From a virus: a DNA stretch of 64,000 bases. Position 1 is the first letter of the stretch. Each line of letters begins with the position of its first letter. The notes beneath the pieces are model-generated. The model was not told where the DNA came from, did no database searches, and was given only the letters and a program-made list of their open reading frames with translations. Shown here one piece after another: positions 1 through 8,263 of the stretch. The stretch lies in IMG/VR virus record IMGVR_UViG_3300045988_074608; one strand, given 5' to 3'. Both the position numbers and the translations under genes were made by a program.

Positions 1-196
1 ATTTTTTTTTTATTTTTTTTTATTATAAGTATATATAAACGCAAGACTAGGATTTTATATTATGAGTGTAAAAATGAGAGACAGCTAGATTCGACTCCCC
101 AGGTGGCTAAGCTAGGAAAGACTACCCCCCGGCATTCGAATTGACAGTTGGCTAAATTGAAATCTTCAAGATGTTTGCAATAAAACAGATTGTAAT

Positions 197-391
197 ATGA
201 CTAAGTATCAATTACGTCTGTCTACACGAAATCGTAATGGTTCGTGGACGCATCAGTACAGCAAGCTATATAATAGCGTTGCTGAAGCGTTCGCTAACCC
301 TGCATTCGCTGCATATGTACAGCAGCATCACGTTGGTGAATATCACACCATCAAAGTGTTGTCTGTCAACGTAGCTGATGCAAACGTGTAG
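197..391 (+). CDS. hypothetical small protein (64 aa)
   Basis: ATG ORF at the head of the co-directional + block. It ends on TAG (389-391), so TAG acts as a stop on this strand. Confidence 0.4.
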   Translation: MTKYQLRLSTRNRNGSWTHQYSKLYNSVAEAFANPAFAAYVQQHHVGEYHTIKVLSVNVADANV

Positions 392-469
392 ATAGTTGTT
401 GGGTTATGCCTCCCAACGTGTAGACAAAAGGCAACCCTTTTTTCCTAACAACCTTTAACAAATACGCTT

Positions 470-676
470 ATGTATTATAGATTTATCCAAGGTCTCCTGT
501 TAATGGTGGCAGGAGCATGCAGCACAGCTGTAGGTATCATGTTATTAGTCTTTATGAATAGTCTACCAACTAATCTTAGCGGTCTAGAGCTATTCATAAT
601 GGCAATACTGTTCATCATTGCTGGTATTGCAGCATTTATATCATTCTGTAAAGAATGGTATAAAATGTTCCATTAA
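470..676 (+). CDS. small two-helix membrane protein (68 aa)
   Basis: Two hydrophobic segments. The C-terminal FCKEWYKMFH resembles the end of ORF 2531-2731 (FYKECDDWFH), suggesting paralogs. Confidence 0.55.
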   Translation: MYYRFIQGLLLMVAGACSTAVGIMLLVFMNSLPTNLSGLELFIMAILFIIAGIAAFISFCKEWYKMFH

Positions 677-704
677 CCCTATTGCCCTTCGGGGCATAAG
701 GGTT
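675..704 (+). terminator. intrinsic-terminator-like hairpin
   Basis: AACCCTATTGCCC-TTCG-GGGCATAAGGGTT: a 13-position stem with a 2x2 mismatch and a UUCG loop, followed by a T-rich tract. It overlaps the stop of ORF 470-676. Confidence 0.55.
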
Positions 705-970
705 TATTGGGTATTCTAATGATACTAACTAATATCCTCTATCGCTCGCTTCGCTCGCTCTGCTGCGCTGTCAGGCGCTAATTTATATTCTACGAAAAGG
801 TTGCCTTCGGCAACGTCATTTAATGGTGATTTCAGATATGATCAGTTGTATGAGACTATTCTCAAATCCCATAATAATGACATTACGAAGACCGCATGAG
901 AGGCGTAACCTCTTAATATATAGCCTTTGGCTTATAAAAAACAAAGTTCAACCCTAAAAATACAAAAATC

Positions 971-1660
971 ATGATTTTAGATTATCGAATTAAAAGTATC
1001 ACGGTGTTTCATCCTTCAAAACCAAACAGTACAGAGAAGGATACGGAAAAGTATACTATGCGTTGCCTTGTAGCATGCATTAAATTCCGTAGACAGACAG
1101 CCGTAAAGGTGTATCAGAATGACGGTAAGAACAGCGATGAGTATTTACTCGAAGCTGTAAAAAAGACAGTTGAGAACCTGGATTCAAAAATATCGTCTGC
1201 AAAAAATAATAGATATACCCTAACAGACGAAGAGATGTCTAAGTTGAAAGAGTACGGTTCGGACAAAGAAGACTTGCTCTTCTTGCCATGCTGCGAGTTA
1301 GTAAACTACAAATTGCCTGTGCCTATGTGCATGAAGTACACAAATGATCTAAATGGTCACAAAAAAGGCGAATTTGTTTGCAAACCTAACACTGAGTATG
1401 CAAGAATTTGGACATCTATCCAAGTTCTTTGCGAAACATTAGGTAGCGACGGAGAGTATCGCAGCGGTTGTCGTCCCGAGGACGTGGCTGAGACGATAAC
1501 GCGCAACATGATTCCAATAACTGTTGTGATTGAGAAAAAGGAAGCGCAGTTAGACTACAACGAACTCAAGTTCTTAGGACTCACTGAAGAAATTGGAGGT
1601 AACATCCCAACACAAGATGCAGTAGCCGAAGAGATCCTTGACGCAGACCAAGCGTATTAA
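971..1660 (+). CDS. hypothetical protein (229 aa)
   Basis: Long ATG ORF with an A-rich leader. I recognise no motif. Confidence 0.6.
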   Translation: MILDYRIKSITVFHPSKPNSTEKDTEKYTMRCLVACIKFRRQTAVKVYQNDGKNSDEYLLEAVKKTVENLDSKISSAKNNRYTLTDEEMSKLKEYGSDKEDLLFLPCCELVNYKLPVPMCMKYTNDLNGHKKGEFVCKPNTEYARIWTSIQVLCETLGSDGEYRSGCRPEDVAETITRNMIPITVVIEKKEAQLDYNELKFLGLTEEIGGNIPTQDAVAEEILDADQAY

Positions 1661-1719
1661 AATTGGTACACCTGGACAAGTGTATAAACTGTCCTTCTTA
1701 AAAAAACAAAACTATAAAT

Positions 1720-1989
1720 ATGACATTTAAAAAGAACATTTTAGCATCTGATGAAGCACAGTATTTAGATGCTGACAATGTAAAGACTGAACTTACTTAT
1801 CTAAGTAAGGATGGAAAACATGTAATTCTTTGGAAGATTGGTACTAAGTATTATGTTGAAGTAAATACCTATTTTGATGAAAACTTTTGGAAGGGCGCAG
1901 ATAATGCCTTTGAAAGAAGTGAATATATCATTGAGGTAAAAGAACTCACAGATGAAGAAGTTGAAGAATATTTCAAAGAATATGTTTGA
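1720..1989 (+). CDS. hypothetical protein (89 aa)
   Basis: ATG ORF, tightly packed with its neighbours. Confidence 0.5.
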   Translation: MTFKKNILASDEAQYLDADNVKTELTYLSKDGKHVILWKIGTKYYVEVNTYFDENFWKGADNAFERSEYIIEVKELTDEEVEEYFKEYV

Positions 1990-2152
1990 AATAAGAAAAT
2001 GGTACGATGAGCGAAAAATAGTAACTCACGTACATAGCTTTGAAGAAGCATACAAAGCATATGTTAACGAGAACAGTTGTGACACAGTACAAGTGTATTT
2101 CTTAACGGGTCCTTTCGAAGCACCTGTTTTGTTAGCTCAAAAAGAACTATGA
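1952..2152 (+). CDS. hypothetical protein; probable start at ATG 1982
   Basis: The in-frame ATG at 1982 overlaps the upstream stop (ATGTTTGA), giving 56 aa. Confidence 0.4.
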   Translation: MKKLKNISKNMFEIRKWYDERKIVTHVHSFEEAYKAYVNENSCDTVQVYFLTGPFEAPVLLAQKEL

Positions 2153-2412
2153 AAATAAAAATCACAGAGGTAGAAAGCACAAAAGAAAAGCTTCTACTCT
2201 ATCACAAACCAGAATTCATTATACTTGAAGAAAAAGAACTGAATAATGAAATAAATAAAATTATTCATAAATTTGAAAACAAGTATAATACTAAAGTTGA
2301 TGAAAAAGAATATGGTAAATTTGAAACTGCAATATATTTCAAAAACACCGACAGATTCCTAATAATGTCCTCAATTGCCAAAAATGGCAGAGTATCGGGC
2401 ATTAAACTCTAA
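2149..2412 (+). CDS. hypothetical protein (87 aa)
   Basis: ATGA start/stop overlap with the upstream ORF. Confidence 0.5.
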   Translation: MKIKITEVESTKEKLLLYHKPEFIILEEKELNNEINKIIHKFENKYNTKVDEKEYGKFETAIYFKNTDRFLIMSSIAKNGRVSGIKL

Positions 2413-2428
2413 CACCTAAACACCTATA

Positions 2429-2731
2429 ATGCGTAGCACATGCTGCGCGTTACGGGTCGGAACTTTGGTAACACCATCAAAAATCCACTCAGAATTTTTA
2501 AATCAAAAACATTATCAAAATGGAATTAAAATGAGTAAATTAATGCTATCTTTCACAGCCACATTTTGTGCTACAATGTGTGCTATTCTACTATATGTGG
2601 AGCGTGAAAACTTAAGTACTAGCACAGAGGAGAATATTCTCCTAAGCATAGTTTTTGCGATAATCGCCATATTATCATTTCTTGTATTTTACAAAGAATG
2701 CGATGATTGGTTTCATTTAAATGAAGAATAA
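2429..2731 (+). CDS. small membrane protein; probable start at ATG 2531
   Basis: From MSKLML onward there are two hydrophobic helices and a FYKECDDWFH tail, paralogous to ORF 470-676. Confidence 0.5.
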   Translation: MRSTCCALRVGTLVTPSKIHSEFLNQKHYQNGIKMSKLMLSFTATFCATMCAILLYVERENLSTSTEENILLSIVFAIIAILSFLVFYKECDDWFHLNEE

Positions 2732-2733
2732 AT

Positions 2734-3030
2734 ATGAAAAATGAAACAAAATATCTTATAGTAGATATAATAGGACTTGTTCTTATTATCTGTCTTTTAG
2801 CAATTTCAGTAACTGCACAATGCTCAACTGATAGTGATAACAAGAGGTTAACTGAAATAATTGAGAGACAGAAGAAGCTTATTGAAAAATATAAGCAATT
2901 CGAAGACATATCTGTACAAATCTACATTAACCAAGTAGATAGTACAGGTGATACATTCGATTCTTCCGACGATGGAGTGTTATTTTGGAACACTCTGTCG
3001 GAAATAGATAGTTTGAAAAACTTAAAGTAG
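2734..3030 (+). CDS. small N-terminally anchored protein (98 aa)
   Basis: One N-terminal hydrophobic helix. The ORF ends on TAG (3028-3030). Confidence 0.5.
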   Translation: MKNETKYLIVDIIGLVLIICLLAISVTAQCSTDSDNKRLTEIIERQKKLIEKYKQFEDISVQIYINQVDSTGDTFDSSDDGVLFWNTLSEIDSLKNLK

Positions 3031-3060
3031 TCCCATTCATTTACATTTTAAGTTAGACAA

Positions 3061-3092
3061 AGACTCTACGGTTCGTGAGAATAGTAGAGTTT
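3061..3092 (+). other. GNRA-capped conserved hairpin, copy 1
   Basis: ACTCTAC / GG-TTC-GTGA-GAA-TA / GTAGAGT, followed by TTTT. Confidence 0.6.
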
Positions 3093-3201
3093 TAACCATT
3101 ACCGATGAGTCTTTGAAAATTAAGACGAAACACGAAAGTGTCTAATGGAGCCATATTTTTAGATTTTTACGAATGTGATTCCTTTGTGTAATATCAAAGG
3201 G

Positions 3202-3233
3202 AACAATACTAGTCTGTGAAGATAGGTATTGTT
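3202..3233 (+). other. GNRA-capped conserved hairpin, copy 2
   Basis: AACAATAC(T) / AG-TCT-GTGA-AGA-TA / (G)GTATTGTT. It ends 5 nt before the tRNA-Gln 5' end. Confidence 0.6.
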
Positions 3234-3238
3234 TTTAT

Positions 3239-3309
3239 TGGACTATGGTGTAACGGTAACACAACAGTTTTTGGCGCTGTTGTTCCAGGTTCGAATCCTG
3301 GTAGTCCAA
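3239..3309 (+). tRNA. tRNA-Gln (anticodon UUG)
   Basis: Hand-folded cloverleaf: acceptor TGGACTA/TAGTCCA, D stem GTGT/ACAC, anticodon stem ACAGT/GCTGT, loop TTTTGGC, T arm CCAGG-TTCGAAT-CCTGG, discriminator A. No encoded CCA. Confidence 0.8.
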
Positions 3310-3342
3310 CAACAACTATCACTCCATTCAGGTATATTCAAC

Positions 3343-3368
3343 CCACATGGTCTGTGAAGATAGTATGG
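3343..3368 (+). other. GNRA-capped conserved hairpin, copy 3 (weaker stem)
   Basis: CCACAT / GG-TCT-GTGA-AGA-TA / GTATGG. The stem has one mismatch and one G:U. Confidence 0.4.
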
Positions 3369-3444
3369 TATTATAGATAATTCTATAAGCTTTCATTCTT
3401 AGTTTAGGTAATTTGTTTTTAAATGTTTATATTTGTTTAATTTC

Positions 3445-3470
3445 CTACACGGTTCGTGAGAATAGTGTAG
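3445..3470 (+). other. GNRA-capped conserved hairpin, copy 4
   Basis: CTACAC / GG-TTC-GTGA-GAA-TA / GTGTAG, followed by TTTT. Confidence 0.6.
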
Positions 3471-3590
3471 TTTTCCTTAGGTCTCTATTGAATGTTGTGA
3501 ATAATAGTAGCAATTGGTTAAAATGAGAATATTGCCTGTAGAAACAGGAATTTTGGGCATTAAATTAAATCCTAGCCCAGGGTAAATAAA

Positions 3591-3872
3591 ATGAAAACAG
3601 AGCACAAATCAATTGTAGCAGTTTCAACAGATGGTAATTACGCTGTACGAGCATTGTTTGACAAGAACTATCAACTATGTGATATACAGCCAAGAGTACA
3701 AGGTAAATTTGTAGATGGTCGTTTTCGTAGTGTAACACAAGAGACGCTGAACATGTATCACGGTCAACCTTATGACATATGTCATGACGAGGTACTAATC
3801 AACTTAAAATGGATAGCTGATAATGAAAGAGAAGATTTTGCAGAACCAGGTGAATCCGCCGAAGAAGAGTAA
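3591..3872 (+). CDS. hypothetical protein (93 aa)
   Basis: ATG ORF downstream of the tRNA/hairpin cluster. Confidence 0.5.
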   Translation: MKTEHKSIVAVSTDGNYAVRALFDKNYQLCDIQPRVQGKFVDGRFRSVTQETLNMYHGQPYDICHDEVLINLKWIADNEREDFAEPGESAEEE

Positions 3873-4026
3873 GTGGAACGAAAAGTGCTGGAAAATATAT
3901 TTCAAGCACGATGGATGTTCAATGCTATTGTTTGATAACTTGACAGGTGTTAATGCCTTGATACGTGTAAAAACGTTATCAAGGTTATACAACAGCTGGA
4001 AAGGTAAATTCATTGTAACTAAATAA
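3823..4026 (+). CDS. possible small ORF (uncertain)
   Basis: Overlaps the previous ORF by 50 nt; the real start is unclear. Confidence 0.2.
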   Translation: MKEKILQNQVNPPKKSKWNEKCWKIYFKHDGCSMLLFDNLTGVNALIRVKTLSRLYNSWKGKFIVTK

Positions 4027-4033
4027 GTTAATT

Positions 4034-4267
4034 ATGGAAAAGACAATAATAATGCCTGGACAATTTGTGACATTCGAAAATGCAATATACAAAGCTAAAA
4101 AATGTAAATATCCAGAACAAGCATGTTCTAAATGTGATTTATATAAAAAATGTCCAAATGAACTTAATTTTAAGTGTGGTATGTTTGTATATTTCAAATA
4201 TGTGGAAACTAAGCATTTTCCAAAAACAAGAAGATGTAAAAGAGTTCAAAAAGAGGAGGATATGTGA
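4034..4267 (+). CDS. small Cys-rich protein (77 aa)
   Basis: PGQFVTF..KKCKYPEQACSKCDL pattern, shared with the next ORF. Confidence 0.5.
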   Translation: MEKTIIMPGQFVTFENAIYKAKKCKYPEQACSKCDLYKKCPNELNFKCGMFVYFKYVETKHFPKTRRCKRVQKEEDM

Positions 4268-4488
4268 TGATAAAAAAACTGAAAGCAGGACAAATATTCA
4301 CTATGTACGGTTTTGTATGGAGAGTAAACAGATGTCCAGTTCTTCCATGTTCATTTTGTATGATTAACAGTTTTTGGTGGAATAGTAGCGCTAATCCACT
4401 AGAAGAACCATGTAAAATATTATGTGGAGGCAAAGAAAAAATTCCACCAGATTGCAATGTTACATTAGTAAAACAGAAACGAAAATGA
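4264..4488 (+). CDS. small Cys-rich protein, paralog of 4034-4267
   Basis: AGQIFTM..NRCPVLPCSFCMI pattern. ATGA overlaps on both sides. Confidence 0.5.
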   Translation: MMIKKLKAGQIFTMYGFVWRVNRCPVLPCSFCMINSFWWNSSANPLEEPCKILCGGKEKIPPDCNVTLVKQKRK

Positions 4489-4907
4489 AAAATCAAGACG
4501 ACCAGTATTCAAATATGTGCGGTAAAACATTAGCAATATTATTGCTGATAGTAATAGCACTATTGATAAGTGCCAACAAATGTTCGGCACAGTCATATAA
4601 AACTGTAAAACCAACAGTACAATATGACACAATTCCAGTGATCAACAAAAATATATCTACAGTTTATCTTATGGAAAAGAGAAACTATATGATATATAAG
4701 TATAAAGGATGTAATGAAGCTATTCAGATTTCTAAATCCATTGTTGATTACATGTTATTATGCTGTGAACTTAAGTGTTCCTGTAATCTCGCTATCCTTA
4801 AACGTAAAAAGGACGGCGTACTCTCTCGTGTCATAAAATACAAACCAAATTATGACAGATCTCAATCAGAAAATGACATTCTAAATTTTAAAGTTTATCA
4901 AAAATGA
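4422..4907 (+). CDS. secreted/anchored protein; probable start at ATG 4485
   Basis: From MKNQDD.. there is a hydrophobic signal-like segment ending SANKCSAQ. ATG 4485 overlaps the upstream TGA. Confidence 0.5.
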   Translation: MWRQRKNSTRLQCYISKTETKMKNQDDQYSNMCGKTLAILLLIVIALLISANKCSAQSYKTVKPTVQYDTIPVINKNISTVYLMEKRNYMIYKYKGCNEAIQISKSIVDYMLLCCELKCSCNLAILKRKKDGVLSRVIKYKPNYDRSQSENDILNFKVYQK

Positions 4908-5272
4908 AAACAGAATTGAAAAAACAAGCAGAGTTGATAATCGATGTATGTAACGCCAAAGTATTTGCTCAGCAGATATTGGATCCGATACTATCCTTCG
5001 GGAATAACGGTATCGGACTAACAAAAATGTTCTTGAACAGAGCGGATAGCAAAATAAAGCTTGAAATATTCACAGTGACGGACAAAGAACGTTACTTTAA
5101 GTTCATGGGCGAAATCTACGACGCAGCCGCTAAGTGGAATACATCACATAACATGATTGCAGAAGTCGCAAAAATAATGGAGGATTCCGTTTATGGTGAG
5201 ACACAGAAACCGGCAACAAAGCGCAGAAGAAGTTGCAAGACGCAGATTCCACGCAGAGGTGAGGAAGCTTAA
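4904..5272 (+). CDS. hypothetical protein (122 aa)
   Basis: ATGA overlap with the upstream ORF. Confidence 0.5.
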   Translation: MKTELKKQAELIIDVCNAKVFAQQILDPILSFGNNGIGLTKMFLNRADSKIKLEIFTVTDKERYFKFMGEIYDAAAKWNTSHNMIAEVAKIMEDSVYGETQKPATKRRRSCKTQIPRRGEEA

Positions 5273-5456
5273 GGCTATATGCGAACAAGAAGGATGGGAA
5301 TTAAGTCATTACGACTTATCCCATTCTGATTGGATATGTATATTATCTGAAAGTGATTATGAATTAGAATCAGACATGTATGAGTGCTCTGAAAATAATG
5401 AAAATTACTTTCTAAGTCCTGAAAATTATAATCAATATAAAGAAAAATATGCGTAG
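5193..5456 (+). CDS. hypothetical acidic protein (87 aa)
   Basis: Overlaps the previous ORF by 80 nt. Ends on TAG (5454-5456). Confidence 0.35.
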   Translation: MVRHRNRQQSAEEVARRRFHAEVRKLKAICEQEGWELSHYDLSHSDWICILSESDYELESDMYECSENNENYFLSPENYNQYKEKYA

Positions 5457-5733
5457 TATTATAGAAAATATTAAAGAGATCGAAGAAGAGAATCTCAAAG
5501 AAGTCATCTCACTGACCAATGAGAACGATATATTGAAAAGAAGAATAGTCGGACTTGAAAAAGATATAGAAGGTACAGAAGCAGCTGTTGAAGATTCGTA
5601 TAATAGAGGATTTTTCGACGCAATAACAAAAATTAAAGATGTAATTGACCAGTTACGTCCTCAATGTGGACAAAATATCGCTCGTAAATGCGATCCTCAT
5701 AAAGATGTTGGTATAAAAATGTGTCGTAAATAA
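5449..5733 (+). CDS. hypothetical coiled-coil-like protein (94 aa)
   Basis: ATG ORF overlapping the upstream stop. Confidence 0.5.
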   Translation: MRSIIENIKEIEEENLKEVISLTNENDILKRRIVGLEKDIEGTEAAVEDSYNRGFFDAITKIKDVIDQLRPQCGQNIARKCDPHKDVGIKMCRK

Positions 5734-5741
5734 ACATTCCA

Positions 5742-5776
5742 ATACAGAGGTATAGTATCAAACTATACTTCTGTAT
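5742..5776 (+). terminator. terminator-like hairpin
   Basis: ATACAGAGGTATAG-TATCAAA-CTATACTTCTGTAT: a 14-bp stem with one G:U, followed by TTAT. Confidence 0.55.
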
Positions 5777-5889
5777 TTATATAGTAAAATAACTACGGTA
5801 TTCTTTCCGTAACGGTCCGAAGTCCGTGTAAATATTGACGGCTATAGAGTTAATTAACATATACTTAACGTTTTAAAATTTATCAAAAA

Positions 5890-6324
5890 ATGAAAAAACT
5901 AAAATTTATCTACACAATGCTAATTGTGGTGTTAGTAACTTTGTGTCTCGCATCATGTAGACACAAATCTGGACCTCAGAGTTCAGACAAACCAGGTGTA
6001 GCAATTACACAAGAAGACATTGCCTATGTACAAGCATGCATAGACGAAATCAACAACGAGAGATATAAGTCAGTAGATGACTTTGTCTCGTCGATGATGG
6101 TTAAGAACTATGACATGCATATCGACAGTGTGATCTGTTCTATTCCAACACGAAAGTTGGAACAAATCTCTACAGCTGTATATTCCAAATATGGATATAT
6201 AACTAAAGAGTTGATTGCAAAAGAATATGACGAATATTACCAGCAGGTATATAAATACATACCTGTCGACATGTCAGAATCTGAAAATGCTGTACCAGAC
6301 ACAACCGTAAACACTGATAAATAA
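5890..6324 (+). CDS. putative lipoprotein (144 aa)
   Basis: Signal peptide with the lipobox-like LASC. Shares the TTATCAAAA-ATG leader. Confidence 0.6.
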   Translation: MKKLKFIYTMLIVVLVTLCLASCRHKSGPQSSDKPGVAITQEDIAYVQACIDEINNERYKSVDDFVSSMMVKNYDMHIDSVICSIPTRKLEQISTAVYSKYGYITKELIAKEYDEYYQQVYKYIPVDMSESENAVPDTTVNTDK

Positions 6325-6863
6325 TGAACAGAGCTTTTGTAGTTTTATTCGATGGTAACGAAGTGCCAAAGAATGTAGTAGAGAGAATCGCTAACGAAAT
6401 CTCAACTTGGTGTAGAGCAGATATCGAAAGAATATCTATATCTACATTCGATGAAGATGATATTTCGAAGTCGTTAATTATGACGGCAATACCACCAAAG
6501 ATTGGAGATGACGTAACCGCCTACTTAAGCCATCTTAAGATAGAAGAAGCTAAAAGTAGAAAGTATGGAGATGCAGCTATTAGAGAATTGAATTCAGCGT
6601 TTCATTTACGCAAAGATACAGTTCCAGCAACATTTTGTCTAGACCTATCTTTAAAAATGTTAAAGCTTTTGGACAAAGACAAAATAAAAGCTTGTAATGA
6701 AGACGATATTCGTCTAATAAACGCGATAAGGAATCTTGGAAGAGACATTCCTTACACAACATCTGTAGCTAAAGCGTACTACTATACGTCAGAAATTGAT
6801 GGAGTGGTAAAAAGTATATACAGAAAAATCTTTACAGAATCAGATGGCATATTCAAAAAATGA
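6324..6863 (+). CDS. hypothetical protein (179 aa)
   Basis: TAATG junction with the upstream gene. Confidence 0.55.
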   Translation: MNRAFVVLFDGNEVPKNVVERIANEISTWCRADIERISISTFDEDDISKSLIMTAIPPKIGDDVTAYLSHLKIEEAKSRKYGDAAIRELNSAFHLRKDTVPATFCLDLSLKMLKLLDKDKIKACNEDDIRLINAIRNLGRDIPYTTSVAKAYYYTSEIDGVVKSIYRKIFTESDGIFKK

Positions 6864-6995
6864 TCGTATAAATTACGATCGTATTGAGAGACAAGAACAG
6901 CGTATGAAGAGGATAAAACCTTACAAACGCCAAAGTAAGCAACATATCTTTGACGACATCTATGATGACGACGAAGAAGAATATTATCCACAATA

Positions 6996-7217
6996 ATGTA
7001 TAGGATAGATTTGTATATGAGAGTAAAAGAGAACAAGAAAAAATTGTTCTCCTCTTGCTGGTATCCATCAGAAAAGCAAGCTGTAAATGCTAGAAATGCT
7101 CTGATGAGTATACCAAAAGGTGTGTATTGCCAATCATTTGGTGAAAACAGACCTGTAAAGAAAAAAATACTTGGCGGTTGGGTTTGTTCCAACCCCATAA
7201 AAGACGATCGTTTCTAA
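6996..7217 (+). CDS. possible small basic protein (73 aa)
   Basis: ORF only; no supporting motif. Confidence 0.3.
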   Translation: MYRIDLYMRVKENKKKLFSSCWYPSEKQAVNARNALMSIPKGVYCQSFGENRPVKKKILGGWVCSNPIKDDRF

Positions 7218-7272
7218 CCCGATCATATAGATAGGTTAGTAAGTTAATTAACAATTTAAAATCATTATCAAA

Positions 7273-7794
7273 ATGGCAAAAGAAAAGAATTCAGCAGCAA
7301 AGGCAGTAGAAACTCCAGTAAATGACAATCTCGATACAACGTTCGAGAATCTGAAGAAAGGTAACCTTGTATCACAGAACGTTAACGAAAAGGCTCTTGA
7401 AGCTATCGCAAAGTCGAAAGAAGAGGAGCAGATTCGTATGGCACAACGTGTAATCAAGGAAGCAGAGTACAACAACTTGAAAACGGTTCTCCGATTGCGT
7501 GACCAACGTCGTCGTGCAAGAATTGCAAAAGAGGCTGCAACAGAAACAAAAGAGTTGCTTGAGGGTCTTGTTGGAAAGAAGGGAGACGATGGTAAATTTA
7601 TACCAGGAACTCTGACTCCAACAGAGTATGAGAAGAAACGTAACGAGTTGAAGGAAAATATTTCTAAGAAAATCAAGGAGGCTTCGACAGCATTTAGTGA
7701 AGAAACTGAAGAGCTGCACACTAAGTTCCCAGATTATTGGTCGTATGACAATTGCTGGGATAACATGATATTCAGAAACATTAACCGTTACTAA
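7273..7794 (+). CDS. hypothetical Lys/Glu-rich protein (173 aa)
   Basis: Preceded by the conserved leader TTTAAAATCATTATCAAAATG. Begins MAKEKN like ORF 10782 (MAKKNK). Confidence 0.6.
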   Translation: MAKEKNSAAKAVETPVNDNLDTTFENLKKGNLVSQNVNEKALEAIAKSKEEEQIRMAQRVIKEAEYNNLKTVLRLRDQRRRARIAKEAATETKELLEGLVGKKGDDGKFIPGTLTPTEYEKKRNELKENISKKIKEASTAFSEETEELHTKFPDYWSYDNCWDNMIFRNINRY

Positions 7795-7809
7795 TATCAC
7801 TAATTTCCA

Positions 7810-7837
7810 AAGTGTAGAATCTTAGAATCAGACACTT
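7810..7837 (+). other. hairpin with conserved AGAATCTTAGAATCA loop, copy a
   Basis: AAGTGT / AGAATCTTAGAATCAG / ACACTT. Confidence 0.5.
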
Positions 7838-7907
7838 ATTTGCCAAATAGTTCGTATAAGTCGTGTAGGAGCATCGATGATGGCGTTTTTTAATGAATTG
7901 ACATTAG

Positions 7908-7931
7908 CACAAAGAATCTTAGAATCATGTG
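7908..7931 (+). other. hairpin with conserved AGAATCTTAGAATCA loop, copy b
   Basis: CACA / AAGAATCTTAGAATCA / TGTG. Confidence 0.5.
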
Positions 7932-8077
7932 GGAAAAAGACTCTCAACGTAGGGAGAATAAACTATATGTACACAGATCAAACAAATAACATTTGTGAAC
8001 CATTGAGTCGTTTATTCTAAGATCACGTTAGGTGTAAGGAATAACCAAATGTACTGTCAAAGTGTTAAGTTTATGAC

Positions 8078-8101
8078 GTTCAAGAATCTCAGAATCAGAA
8101 C
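8078..8101 (+). other. hairpin with conserved AGAATCTCAGAATCA loop, copy c
   Basis: GTTC / AAGAATCTCAGAATCA / GAAC. Confidence 0.5.
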
Positions 8102-8226
8102 ACCATCATAACAACATATTTAGTATATTAAACAGATATATCGAATCATATTACTACGAAGATTAAGAGTAGCTAACTTATGATTCAAAGTATATGCTGA
8201 GACAAACATTCTGTTTAATCTACCTA

Positions 8227-8257
8227 AGTATATAGAATCTGATCAATTCTATATACT
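8227..8257 (+). other. perfect 12-bp hairpin
   Basis: AGTATATAGAAT-CTGATCA-ATTCTATATACT, 7 nt upstream of the tmRNA-like module. Confidence 0.6.
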
Positions 8258-8263
8258 ACAAAA

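Noticed and set aside
7248-7800. Long antisense or alternative-frame ORFs in the track. Examples: 7248-7721 and 7372-7800 (-), 15146-15595, 15226-15513 and 15510-16136 (-), 21835-22254 (-), 55960-56214 (+), 52810-53142 (+), 41002-41223 and 43567-43761 (-).
   Set aside because: They lie entirely within better-supported genes on the other strand or frame, have low-complexity or Ser/Leu/Ile-rich composition, and lack start contexts. They are treated as shadow ORFs.
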